DNA of 64,000 bases from a bacterium (lineage in GTDB: Bacteria > Bacteroidota > Rhodothermia > Balneolales > M1805): assembly GCA_006226965.1 (NCBI GenBank), contig SBGQ01000174.1:27919-91918 (forward strand), written 5' to 3'. Position numbers and translations under genes: made by a program. Shown here in pieces: positions 34,410 to 42,881 of the stretch (its first letter is position 1; the number at the start of each line of letters is the position of its first letter). The notes under the pieces are model-generated. The model ran no database searches, was not told the DNA's origin, and saw only the letters and a list, made by a program, of their open reading frames with translations.

Positions 34410-37400
34410 ATGCTTAAGTACGAAGGTTGGCAAACTAGTCTCGAATCTAAAGATTTTACGGGGATTTGGAACGCTATTGCATCTTTATCAAATGAAAAAA
34501 TCATTGATAGACAATTAGTTAGCAATACAGATTCCGATATTTATTTGCAGCTATTCAGCCTGTTACAACACAAACAGATTCAAGAATCGCAATCCCTTTT
34601 AAGCTCGATAATTCCTCAACCTGAAACTGCTTATGTATTCGGCTTAGCCTCAGCTTTGGGCGCACTTTTCGGCATCCCAATCGATTCAAAAAAAATGAAT
34701 ACGGCACTTCTTTACGATAAAGGAGAGCTTTTTTCCTCTGTTATTGCTGCTATCCCGACTTATGCCGGACTCGTTGAAACCTTATTTTCCACTGATACTA
34801 TTCGTCCATATTTACTTGAATCAGCCTATAAATACCTGAATTATCCTTGGCTTTACGAAGAGCTTATTCAGTCTGAGACAACTCAAAAAGCAATAGCGTC
34901 TTTTTCGGAATCCCATTTAAAAGGGCTGCTTTACTTCTTCAATAACCAATTCGAAAAATCACTTTTATCTTTAATCCCCTTATTAAAAACAGGTTCTACA
35001 CATTGGACTATTCACTGGTTAATCGCAAAAGCAGCGTATGCAACAAAGCGATTCGATTTAGTTGAAAGACAATGTCAACATCTTTTAAGCATAAAGCCAA
35101 ACTTTTGGTACGCAAGAGAATTGAGTCTTCATGTAAGCGGATATTTTGCGCAAATTGCTCAGGACAAAGTCGCTGAAAAGTTCTTTAAATCATTCAAACC
35201 ACAATACAAAACCAGTATTGAAGTCGGAGCGTTTGATGGCGTTCACTATAGTAATGTCCGCCATTTCACATTATTTGAAGATTGGTCTTCCATTCACATT
35301 GAACCGGTTTCTGACAATTTCAATCGCCTTAAACGAGCCTATTCCAATCATCCGAAAGCAAAGCTATTTAATAATGCGGTGAGTCCGGATGCCGGAACGA
35401 TTGACATTCACGTTTCGTCGTATTCCAACCTAAGCGAATGGGGTTCTGATGTTGCCAGTGTATTAGAAGGTGAAAAAAAACGTTGGGACTCCTTCAAACC
35501 CGATTGGCACGTTGAAAAAGCGCCGACAATCACCTTAGACGATGCTATTAAACAGGCCGGTTTTGAAGGTGTAGATTTAATTTCGATTGATGCAGAAGGC
35601 TACGATTTAGAAGTTCTTCAAACCATAAACTTGGAGCAATACCGCCCGCAACTTATCATTATTGAGTACGGAACCAAGCGGAAAGAAATTTTGAGTTATG
35701 CCAACTCTTTTGGTTACACTTTATATGATGATAACGGACAGGATTTATTTCTAACTCCCGGCGAGTACAGAGAAATCAATGAAATCAAACATTTGTTTAA
35801 TCCTCATTTCTTGAAGGTACATGAAGTTACCGGATCTGTTTTTCTCCAAAAAGTTCTCCCCATTCATTTACTCTCACGATATCGATTCGATTTAAGCATC
35901 AAATATGCCTATGCGAAACATTATCTGAGTAATACGCTCAATCCTTTTATTGTTGATGCCTACAAAGCACACATTAAAGCATTCAACGATTTTAACGAAG
36001 GTGACGGTTCCGGGAAAGTTGGCTTCGAAGCATTTAAAACGGCGTTTGAGAACGTTATAGATTCCATAAAAGAACATGGATTCAGCGCAGAGACAACGGT
36101 TCTTCCTTTGAGCAAAGAAGGCGTTTTAATGGATGGCGCACATCGTTTAGCTGCCGCATTAGCTCTGAATGTTCCCGTGCTTGTAGCTCGAACATCGCTT
36201 GCCGGACCGATGGGAAATTTTGAATACTTCAAAGCCAGAGGTTTGTCGGAAGAGTTTTTAGATTTCGGAGCCCTGACGTTTGTTAACATGGATTCCAGCG
36301 CAAAAACGCTCACGTTATTTCCAAGTGCTGAAGGCAAACAAAAAGAAGTACTGGAGTTAATACACTCAACTGTTCCGGTTGTCTATCAAAAAACGTTGGA
36401 ATTAAGTTCGCAAGCAGGGTTTAATTTAGTCCGCCAGATGTATCAAGACGAAGCTTGGCTGGGAAATTTCCAAAACGGATTTGCCGGAGCTCGATTCAAG
36501 GCCAGCGAATGTTTCAAAGGCTCAGACAGTGTGCGTCTGTTTATCATTCAATCGCACAATTTGGACGCTTTGCGAGAATTAAAGGAAAAAATTCGTGCTT
36601 TATATCAGGTTGAAAATCACTCGGTTCATATAAACGACACGCATCCTGAAACAGAACTCATTGCGGGAGCTTTATTAAATAAAAATTCGCTTCACTTTTT
36701 AGACAATGCCCAAATTCGTCCGTTCGCCAATTTTTACGGGCTTATACACCAATTCGAACAATGGCTTAAATCTGTCGGGATTTCAAAAAATCTTGTTTGT
36801 GTGGATGGAAGTGCAACGCTTTCCGTTTACGGCTTAAGAGAATGCGGCGATTTAGACTTCTTGCACGAGGGCGAGCAACCTTGGGGCACAGGACTCATCA
36901 ATATAAACAGCCACAATATTGCCTCTCAGCTGCAATATCATGCTTGGGGCAAAGACGAAATTTTATATAATCCTGAACTTCATTTCTATTATAACGGAAT
37001 AAAATTCATAACTCCGAACGCCATAAAAGCCATGAAACAAAAACGTGGTGAAGGCAAAGATGTGCAAGACGTAAATCTTATCGAGGAGCTTATGAACCAA
37101 ACCATTCGATTAGTTACGCTTTCCGATTATGCGCATCTATCTGATGTTGAAGCCGGTAAAAAAATTATTGGTTTGATTCCTGTAAAAAACGAAGCCACTT
37201 TTATTCAGCTTTGTATTCGAGCTCTTGCCAAAATAACCGATGCGATTATTGTTTTAGATGATCATTCTGAGGATAACACACTTGCCCTAATCAACGAAAT
37301 AAAAGAAGAATGCAAGGTGGTTGAGATTATCGAAAAAACAAATTGGCACAGAGATGAGCCGGGTGATAGAAATTTACTGTTAGAGGCCGGAAGAAATCAC

Positions 37401-38219
37401 GGCGGAACTCATTTTGTTGTGATTGATGCCGATGAGGTTTTCACTTCAAACCTAACAGAAAACAATATTCTTCGCCGAGCCATTTTATCGCTAAAACCTG
37501 GAGATAAACTCCTGTTTAACTGGATTCAGTTGTGGCGGGATATTTCTTATTATCGTTTCGATCAATCTGTTTGGACGTGGAATATAAAACCGTTCATTTT
37601 CTGTGATGACGGCATTTCTCGCTACGAATCCGAATTTATACATACGAACCGCTTTCCGACACCGCTAAAAGGAATGTTCTATGTTTTTAAAACATACGAG
37701 CACGGGCTTTTACACTTTCAGTTTGTGAACTGGCACAATTTATTGGTTAAACAAGCTTGGTATCGAGTATTAGAACGTATTCGTGATCCGAAAAAATCAT
37801 CGCAGGATATTAACTCGCGTTATTTCCCATCGAAAGATGAACGAGGTTTGCAACGCTCTGTTAGCCCACTACTTTGGTTTAAAGAATATTTGCCTTGGTT
37901 GAATTTGGATTCCATCATGCAAAAAGAAAGTTGGCGAACCGAACAAATACGAACTTGGTTCAACGAATATGGAACCGCGCATTTTAGTGATTTAGATATT
38001 TGGGATATCGATTGGGGAATTGACACGCCGATTGACGCCTTTGGTTTAAATATCCATGAACAATGGAATGCCAGAATTGAAAAAGTGAAATCAGCCTTAG
38101 CGAAACAAGAATTCCAAAATGCGACTTCCTTATTGGAGGCCTTTTTAGGTACAGAATATCACAATCAGGCAAGCCAGACCATTCAAAAAATCGAAACGAT
38201 TTCAAATCAACAATCATGA
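34410..38219 (+). CDS. 1269-aa multidomain enzyme: N-terminal helical/TPR-like region, FkbM-type methyltransferase, ParB/Srx-like DGxHR segment, NTase-like G-D-L-D segment, C-terminal GT2 glycosyltransferase
   Basis: FkbM-like segments IEVGAFDGVHYSNV...ISIDAEGYDLEVL...IIIEYG (about nt 35217-35730). LMDGAHRLAAALALN at about 36132. YGLRECGDLDFLHEG at about 36840. GT2-like IGLIPVKNEATFIQLCIRALAKITDAIIVLDDHSEDNT...VVIDADEVF (about 37170-37800). Confidence 0.7.
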   Translation: MLKYEGWQTSLESKDFTGIWNAIASLSNEKIIDRQLVSNTDSDIYLQLFSLLQHKQIQESQSLLSSIIPQPETAYVFGLASALGALFGIPIDSKKMNTALLYDKGELFSSVIAAIPTYAGLVETLFSTDTIRPYLLESAYKYLNYPWLYEELIQSETTQKAIASFSESHLKGLLYFFNNQFEKSLLSLIPLLKTGSTHWTIHWLIAKAAYATKRFDLVERQCQHLLSIKPNFWYARELSLHVSGYFAQIAQDKVAEKFFKSFKPQYKTSIEVGAFDGVHYSNVRHFTLFEDWSSIHIEPVSDNFNRLKRAYSNHPKAKLFNNAVSPDAGTIDIHVSSYSNLSEWGSDVASVLEGEKKRWDSFKPDWHVEKAPTITLDDAIKQAGFEGVDLISIDAEGYDLEVLQTINLEQYRPQLIIIEYGTKRKEILSYANSFGYTLYDDNGQDLFLTPGEYREINEIKHLFNPHFLKVHEVTGSVFLQKVLPIHLLSRYRFDLSIKYAYAKHYLSNTLNPFIVDAYKAHIKAFNDFNEGDGSGKVGFEAFKTAFENVIDSIKEHGFSAETTVLPLSKEGVLMDGAHRLAAALALNVPVLVARTSLAGPMGNFEYFKARGLSEEFLDFGALTFVNMDSSAKTLTLFPSAEGKQKEVLELIHSTVPVVYQKTLELSSQAGFNLVRQMYQDEAWLGNFQNGFAGARFKASECFKGSDSVRLFIIQSHNLDALRELKEKIRALYQVENHSVHINDTHPETELIAGALLNKNSLHFLDNAQIRPFANFYGLIHQFEQWLKSVGISKNLVCVDGSATLSVYGLRECGDLDFLHEGEQPWGTGLININSHNIASQLQYHAWGKDEILYNPELHFYYNGIKFITPNAIKAMKQKRGEGKDVQDVNLIEELMNQTIRLVTLSDYAHLSDVEAGKKIIGLIPVKNEATFIQLCIRALAKITDAIIVLDDHSEDNTLALINEIKEECKVVEIIEKTNWHRDEPGDRNLLLEAGRNHGGTHFVVIDADEVFTSNLTENNILRRAILSLKPGDKLLFNWIQLWRDISYYRFDQSVWTWNIKPFIFCDDGISRYESEFIHTNRFPTPLKGMFYVFKTYEHGLLHFQFVNWHNLLVKQAWYRVLERIRDPKKSSQDINSRYFPSKDERGLQRSVSPLLWFKEYLPWLNLDSIMQKESWRTEQIRTWFNEYGTAHFSDLDIWDIDWGIDTPIDAFGLNIHEQWNARIEKVKSALAKQEFQNATSLLEAFLGTEYHNQASQTIQKIETISNQQS

Positions 38220-39508
38220 GTACAACTGCACAACCATTAGTTTCGGCCATTGTATCTACCTATAAAGCGGAACGTTTTATAAAAGGTCTGTTAGATGATT
38301 TGTTATTGCAAACGATTGGCTCAAGATTAGAAATTATTGTAATCGATTCCGGTTCTCCTGAAAATGAAGGGGGAATTGTACAGGAATATCAAAAAAAGCA
38401 CCCAAATATTAAATATGTACGAACCGAGCGTGAAACCGTTTATGCAGCCTGGAATCGGGCAATAAAATTAGCAAGCGGTATATACATCACAAATGCCAAT
38501 ACAGACGACCGACGAAAAACAGACGCGTATGAAATTATGAGTGATTATTTAGACGCTCATCCAGAAATCGGCTTAGTCTATTCAGACGTCGTAATAACTC
38601 ACGAACCCAACGAAACCTTTAATTGCAATTCAGGCAGAGGAATTTTTAAGTTTGATGAACACGATCGGGAAAAATTATTAAACGGATTATGTTATGTGGG
38701 ACCAATGCCCATGTGGAGAGCATCCATTCATAATAAAGTTGGATTCTTTGATCCTGATTTCGTTACATCGGGCGATTTAGAGTTTTGGGTTCGCGTTTCT
38801 GAGTTTTATGAATTCAAAAAAATTCCGCAATTGCTTGGGCTATACCAAAAGCGTCCGGATAGTGTAGAAAACAGCAACGAAGTTGAAAAATCAATTGAGA
38901 ATCTGGTTATCAAATACAAATACAGTCCAAGCAGACAACACTATTTGCATAGTTGGCCTAAGGATAAAATTGTTGAACACATAAAAAAGATTCAACGTTG
39001 CTCGGCTTATATTGCAGAAAACAAATTTTCTGAATGTATTACTTTGGCTGATGAGCTCTTGGCTATCATTCCATCGGATGCTGATGCTCTCTATTTAAAA
39101 GCTACCGCACTATATCGCATCCAAAAAGTAAGCGAGGCCATTCCGTTATTTGAAAAAGTAATTGAATTAAATCCGCTACACAGCATTTCTCTCAACAATC
39201 TTGCGGTTTGGTTTTGGTCAAAAGGAGAAAAGCAAAAAGCCATAGCATATATGGAACGGTGTGTAGAGTCCGACATGAATAACAATGCTGCCCGAATAAA
39301 TCTGGCAGAAATGCTCATTCAGACCAATAAAACAGAAAAAGCAATTGCCGTACTGAGTGAAAGTATTCGGCGAAATCTTTTTCTCAAAGAAGCTTTGGAG
39401 TTATTAATTAACTATCAAAAAAAGAGTAATCCTGTTTTATCAACCTATTATCAGGACCTATTAAAACACTATAATCAATTAGTTTCTAAGCCTTTTTTAA
39501 AAAAATAA
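38216..39508 (+). CDS. GT2 glycosyltransferase fused to C-terminal TPR repeats
   Basis: VSAIVSTYKAERFIKGLLDDLLLQT...IIVIDSGSPENE...NADTDD is a GT-A signature. The C-terminal TPRs include ALYLKATALYRIQKVSEAIPLFEKVIELNP. It overlaps the upstream gene by 4 nt. Confidence 0.8.
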   Translation: MSTTAQPLVSAIVSTYKAERFIKGLLDDLLLQTIGSRLEIIVIDSGSPENEGGIVQEYQKKHPNIKYVRTERETVYAAWNRAIKLASGIYITNANTDDRRKTDAYEIMSDYLDAHPEIGLVYSDVVITHEPNETFNCNSGRGIFKFDEHDREKLLNGLCYVGPMPMWRASIHNKVGFFDPDFVTSGDLEFWVRVSEFYEFKKIPQLLGLYQKRPDSVENSNEVEKSIENLVIKYKYSPSRQHYLHSWPKDKIVEHIKKIQRCSAYIAENKFSECITLADELLAIIPSDADALYLKATALYRIQKVSEAIPLFEKVIELNPLHSISLNNLAVWFWSKGEKQKAIAYMERCVESDMNNNAARINLAEMLIQTNKTEKAIAVLSESIRRNLFLKEALELLINYQKKSNPVLSTYYQDLLKHYNQLVSKPFLKK

Positions 39509-39617
39509 ATCCTTTTTTTAAAAAATCATTCTTCACGTAATCTATTGACTATCAATCAATTATATAAAGAGCACCTTGCTCGTAGCGTAATTCTATAATT
39601 TTTTTTTGATTAAAAAC

Positions 39618-39645
39618 TAAAGTCGGCTATTTGGCTACACGATAA
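39618..39645 (+). promoter_or_regulatory. Candidate sigma28 (FliA) promoter of flagellin gene 1
   Basis: TAAA-N16-CACGATAA compared with the consensus TAAA-N15-GCCGATAA. It ends 44 nt upstream of the ATG. Confidence 0.45.
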
Positions 39646-39688
39646 GAAGCTCAGTAACAAAATAAACCGCAACTTAAGCTTCAACATT

Positions 39689-40534
39689 ATGGCTTTCGCT
39701 GACTTCAACAGAATTAACACAAACGTACAGTCTTTAGAGGCTCGTTTTTCGCTTGATAAAATCAACAAGCGTTTAGGTAACACTCAGTTAAGACTTTCTA
39801 CAGGTCTTCGCATAAATAAAGCAGAAGATGATGCTGCGGGATTTTCAATCGCTGCAAAACTTTCTTCTCGTATCGCCGGCTTAGAACAAGCTTTACAAAA
39901 CACCGGTGATTCTAAATCAGTTCTTGATATCGCTGAATCTAGCTTGAACAGCATCTTAGATATCTTAAACACCTTAAAAACAAAAGCTACTCAGGCTGCC
40001 AACGATACATATGGCACTGACGAAAGAGATTTCATTCAATCTCAGGTTGATGCATTAGTAAATGAATTGGATTCATTAATTGGCCAAACAGTTTACCAAG
40101 GAAACGCATTATTAGATGGTACTTACAACGCTACGTTCCAAGTTGGCGAACGTACTGCTGATATCATCAATGTTCAATTAAACTCTGGCGGAACCGCCGG
40201 ATTTGATGCTGCAGGCTTAGGCGTTGACTCATTAGGAGTTACTTCACACGCACTTTCACAGTCAGCAATGGCTAGTATTGATGCTGCTATTTCAACTGTG
40301 GCAACAGTAGTTAACTCTTTAGGTATTTACCAAACACAGTTATCCATCCGTGAAGAAATTTTAACTCAGGCTATTAATAGCAACTTCTCTGCTCGTAGCC
40401 GAGTACGTGATGCTGACTTTGCTAAAGAACAATCTGAAGCAATCAAGCTTCAAATTTTACAACAAACTGCAATTTCTGCACTAGCTCAGGCAAACGCAGC
40501 TCCACAAGCAGTTCTTGGCTTCATCGGTCAATAA
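39689..40534 (+). CDS. fliC: Flagellin (copy 1 of 3)
   Basis: N-terminal INTNVQSLEA...LSTGLRINKAEDDAAGFSIAAKL and C-terminal RDADFAKEQSE..KLQILQQTAISALAQAN are flagellin D0/D1 signatures. 281 aa. Confidence 0.92.
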   Translation: MAFADFNRINTNVQSLEARFSLDKINKRLGNTQLRLSTGLRINKAEDDAAGFSIAAKLSSRIAGLEQALQNTGDSKSVLDIAESSLNSILDILNTLKTKATQAANDTYGTDERDFIQSQVDALVNELDSLIGQTVYQGNALLDGTYNATFQVGERTADIINVQLNSGGTAGFDAAGLGVDSLGVTSHALSQSAMASIDAAISTVATVVNSLGIYQTQLSIREEILTQAINSNFSARSRVRDADFAKEQSEAIKLQILQQTAISALAQANAAPQAVLGFIGQ

Positions 40535-40613
40535 TCGCCGGCCGATCCGTTAAAAAAATTGTTTCTGTTAGATTTAAATCGTTCTTTGAAATATTGATTT
40601 TACGTGTGGTCGA

Positions 40614-40641
40614 TTTAAGCAATTTCTTTTTTGTTCGATAA
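40614..40641 (+). promoter_or_regulatory. Candidate sigma28 promoter of flagellin gene 2
   Basis: TTAA-N15-TTCGATAA (-35-like at 40615-40618, -10-like at 40634-40641). This is weaker than the copy-1 promoter. Confidence 0.35.
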
Positions 40642-40673
40642 TGTTAGATGCCTCAAGGAAGAGGCATCTAACA
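40642..40673 (+). promoter_or_regulatory. 5' leader hairpin presenting AAGGAA in its loop; candidate CsrA binding site 1 of flagellin 2
   Basis: Perfect 13-bp inverted repeat TGTTAGATGCCTC-AAGGAA-GAGGCATCTAACA. A second GGA lies in the SD AAGGAG at 40688-40693. Confidence 0.5.
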
Positions 40674-40698
40674 GAAAACAATTAAAGAAGGAGCTATT

Positions 40699-41544
40699 AT
40701 GGCATTCGGCGATTTTAACCGAATTAGTACCAACGTTCAGAGCCTTGAAGCACGCTTCTCTCTGGATAAAATTAACAAGCGTTTAGGTGCAACTCAGTTA
40801 AAACTCTCAACTGGTCTTCGCATTAACAAAGCGGAAGATGATGCTGCGGGATTCTCAATCTCAGCAAAATTATCATCTCGTATTGCCGGTCTAGAGCAAG
40901 CATTGTCAAATACAGGTGATGCAAAATCTGTATTGGATATTGCTGAAGCAAGTTTTAACAGTATTCTCGACATCCTAACTACTCTAAAAACCAAAGCTAC
41001 CCAAGCTGCTAACGACACTTACGGTACTGACGAAAGAGCATTCATCCAATCACAAGTAGATTCACTTCTTACTGAATTGGACGCTTTAGTAGCTCAAACT
41101 GTATATCAAGGAAACAGCTTATTAAGCGGTAGTTATAATGCTACTTTCCAGGTAGGTGAACGTACAGCGGATACCATTAATGTGGCTATTGCTGTTACAG
41201 GAACTACCGGTTACAATGCATCAGGTTTAGGTGTTAGCGGAATATCTGTAACAAGCTTTGCTAACGCACAATCTGCTCTTGCCAGCGTTGATGCAGCTAT
41301 TAATACAGTTGCCAGTGTTGTAAACGAGTTGGGTATTTATCAAACGCAATTATCTATCCGCGAAGAAATTCTTACTCAATCGATTAATTCAAACTTTTCT
41401 GCACGAAGCCGTATTCGTGACGCCGATTTTGCAAAAGAGCAAAGTGAAGGTTTAAAACTTCAAATCCTCCAACAAACTGCAATTGCTGCATTAGCTCAAG
41501 CTAACGTTGCTCCGCAAGCTGTTCTTGGATTTATCTCTGCTTAG
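40699..41544 (+). CDS. fliC: Flagellin (copy 2 of 3)
   Basis: Same conserved termini as copy 1. The centre (about residues 160-200) is divergent. Strong SD GAAGGAGCT. Confidence 0.92.
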   Translation: MAFGDFNRISTNVQSLEARFSLDKINKRLGATQLKLSTGLRINKAEDDAAGFSISAKLSSRIAGLEQALSNTGDAKSVLDIAEASFNSILDILTTLKTKATQAANDTYGTDERAFIQSQVDSLLTELDALVAQTVYQGNSLLSGSYNATFQVGERTADTINVAIAVTGTTGYNASGLGVSGISVTSFANAQSALASVDAAINTVASVVNELGIYQTQLSIREEILTQSINSNFSARSRIRDADFAKEQSEGLKLQILQQTAIAALAQANVAPQAVLGFISA

Positions 41545-41555
41545 CAAATACAAAG

Positions 41556-41575
41556 GAGCTCCAGGGATGGAGCTC
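41556..41575 (+). promoter_or_regulatory. 5' leader hairpin GAGCTCCA-GGGA-TGGAGCTC; candidate CsrA binding site of flagellin 3
   Basis: 8-bp stem. CAGGGATG across the loop matches the core CARGGAUG of the CsrA SELEX consensus. SD AAGGAG lies at 41593-41598. Confidence 0.5.
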
Positions 41576-41604
41576 TAAACTTTAACACATAGAAGGAGCT
41601 AATC

Positions 41605-42450
41605 ATGGCATTCGGTGATTTTAATCGCATTAATACGAATGTTCAATCACTCGAGTCTCGTTTTTCTCTCGACAAGATTAACAAAAGACTCGGAACTACA
41701 CAGTTAAGATTGTCAACTGGTCAGCGCATCAACAAAGCTGAAGATGATGCTGCCGGTTTCTCAATTGCTGCTAAACTTTCTTCTCGTATTGCGGGATTAG
41801 AGCAAGCTTTATCAAATACTGGTGATGCAAAATCAGTTCTTGATATCGCTGAAGCTAGCATTAACAGTGTATTAGACATCTTGACCACACTAAAAACAAA
41901 AGCTACACAAGCTGCAAACGATACCTACGGTACAGACGAAAGAGCATTCATTCAATCACAGGTTGATAGCCTCGTAAATGAATTAGATTCTCTCGTAAAC
42001 CAAACTGTATTCCAAGGTGTTTCATTATTAGATGGAACTTACAACGCTACTTTCCAAGTTGGCGAACGTACTGCTGACATCATTAATGTGCAGTTAACCT
42101 CAGGTGGTGGCGCCGCTGCTTTTACTTCTAACGGATTAGGTGTAAATAACTTAAGCGTAGGAAGTTTTGCATCTGCACAAGCTGCAATGACAAGCATTGA
42201 TACCGCGATCAACCAAATGGCTGGTGTAGTAAATCAGTTGGGTATTTATCAAACCCAGCTATCCATCCGTGAGGAAATTCTTACTCAAGCTATCAACAGT
42301 AATTTCTCTGCTCGTAGCCGCATACGTGATGCTGACTTTGCTAAAGAACAAAGTGAAAACATCAAATTGCAAATTCTACAGCAAACAGCGATTGCTTCAT
42401 TGGCACAAGCTAATGCTGCACCGCAAGCAGTTCTGGGATTCTTGGGATAA
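41605..42450 (+). CDS. fliC: Flagellin (copy 3 of 3)
   Basis: Same conserved termini as copies 1 and 2. 281 aa. Strong SD. Confidence 0.92.
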   Translation: MAFGDFNRINTNVQSLESRFSLDKINKRLGTTQLRLSTGQRINKAEDDAAGFSIAAKLSSRIAGLEQALSNTGDAKSVLDIAEASINSVLDILTTLKTKATQAANDTYGTDERAFIQSQVDSLVNELDSLVNQTVFQGVSLLDGTYNATFQVGERTADIINVQLTSGGGAAAFTSNGLGVNNLSVGSFASAQAAMTSIDTAINQMAGVVNQLGIYQTQLSIREEILTQAINSNFSARSRIRDADFAKEQSENIKLQILQQTAIASLAQANAAPQAVLGFLG

Positions 42451-42475
42451 TTTTTCTCATACGTTGAAGTGGGAT

Positions 42476-42498
42476 GGGAATATCAGTGTGGTATTCCC
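42476..42498 (+). terminator. Possible terminator after the flagellin array
   Basis: GGGAATA-TCAGTGTGG-TATTCCC, a 7-bp stem followed by a T-rich tract (TCCATTTCTAATTTT). Weak. Confidence 0.35.
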
Positions 42499-42527
42499 TC
42501 CATTTCTAATTTTAAAACTTATTTGCT

Positions 42528-42854
42528 ATGAATTCAGCTCTCAATACATATCAAGTTCAACAAATCAAAAATGCTAACCCGGATGAATTAATCGGGATAC
42601 TTTACGATATGGCTATTCAAGCCACTTATCGCAAAGATGAAACACGTTTGATTAAAATTCTCTCACTTTTAATTCGTTCATTAAATTACGATTATGAGTT
42701 CGCCGAGAATTTTTACAGCTTGTACGAATATTGCCAGCACATTACCGGTCAAAAAAAGTTTGATGAGGTACGAGATTTGCTAAGTGGTATTCGTGATGCT
42801 TGGTATGAAGCTGTTATTAACGGCAAAAAAGGAGCTATAGCATCGACTGCTTAA
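42528..42854 (+). CDS. fliS: Flagellin-specific chaperone FliS
   Basis: 108 aa with the FliS-like pattern (..PDELIGILYDMAIQA..., ...FYSLYEYCQHI..., ...IRDAWYEAV). It lies next to the flagellins and fliD. Confidence 0.8.
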   Translation: MNSALNTYQVQQIKNANPDELIGILYDMAIQATYRKDETRLIKILSLLIRSLNYDYEFAENFYSLYEYCQHITGQKKFDEVRDLLSGIRDAWYEAVINGKKGAIASTA

Positions 42855-42881
42855 TAAAACGATTTAATTCAGACAACAACA

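Noticed and set aside
34688-34695. Homopolymeric A8 tracts inside the flagellin-glycosylation genes (also near 35466) as possible phase-variation switches
   Set aside because: A/T runs of 7-9 nt are common throughout this AT-rich window, including housekeeping genes and terminators. There is no G/C tract and no evidence of frameshifted variants.
42269-42577. 102-aa ORF bridging the end of flagellin 3 and the start of fliS
   Set aside because: It overlaps two confidently called genes in other frames and spans the intergenic hairpin. No motif is present.
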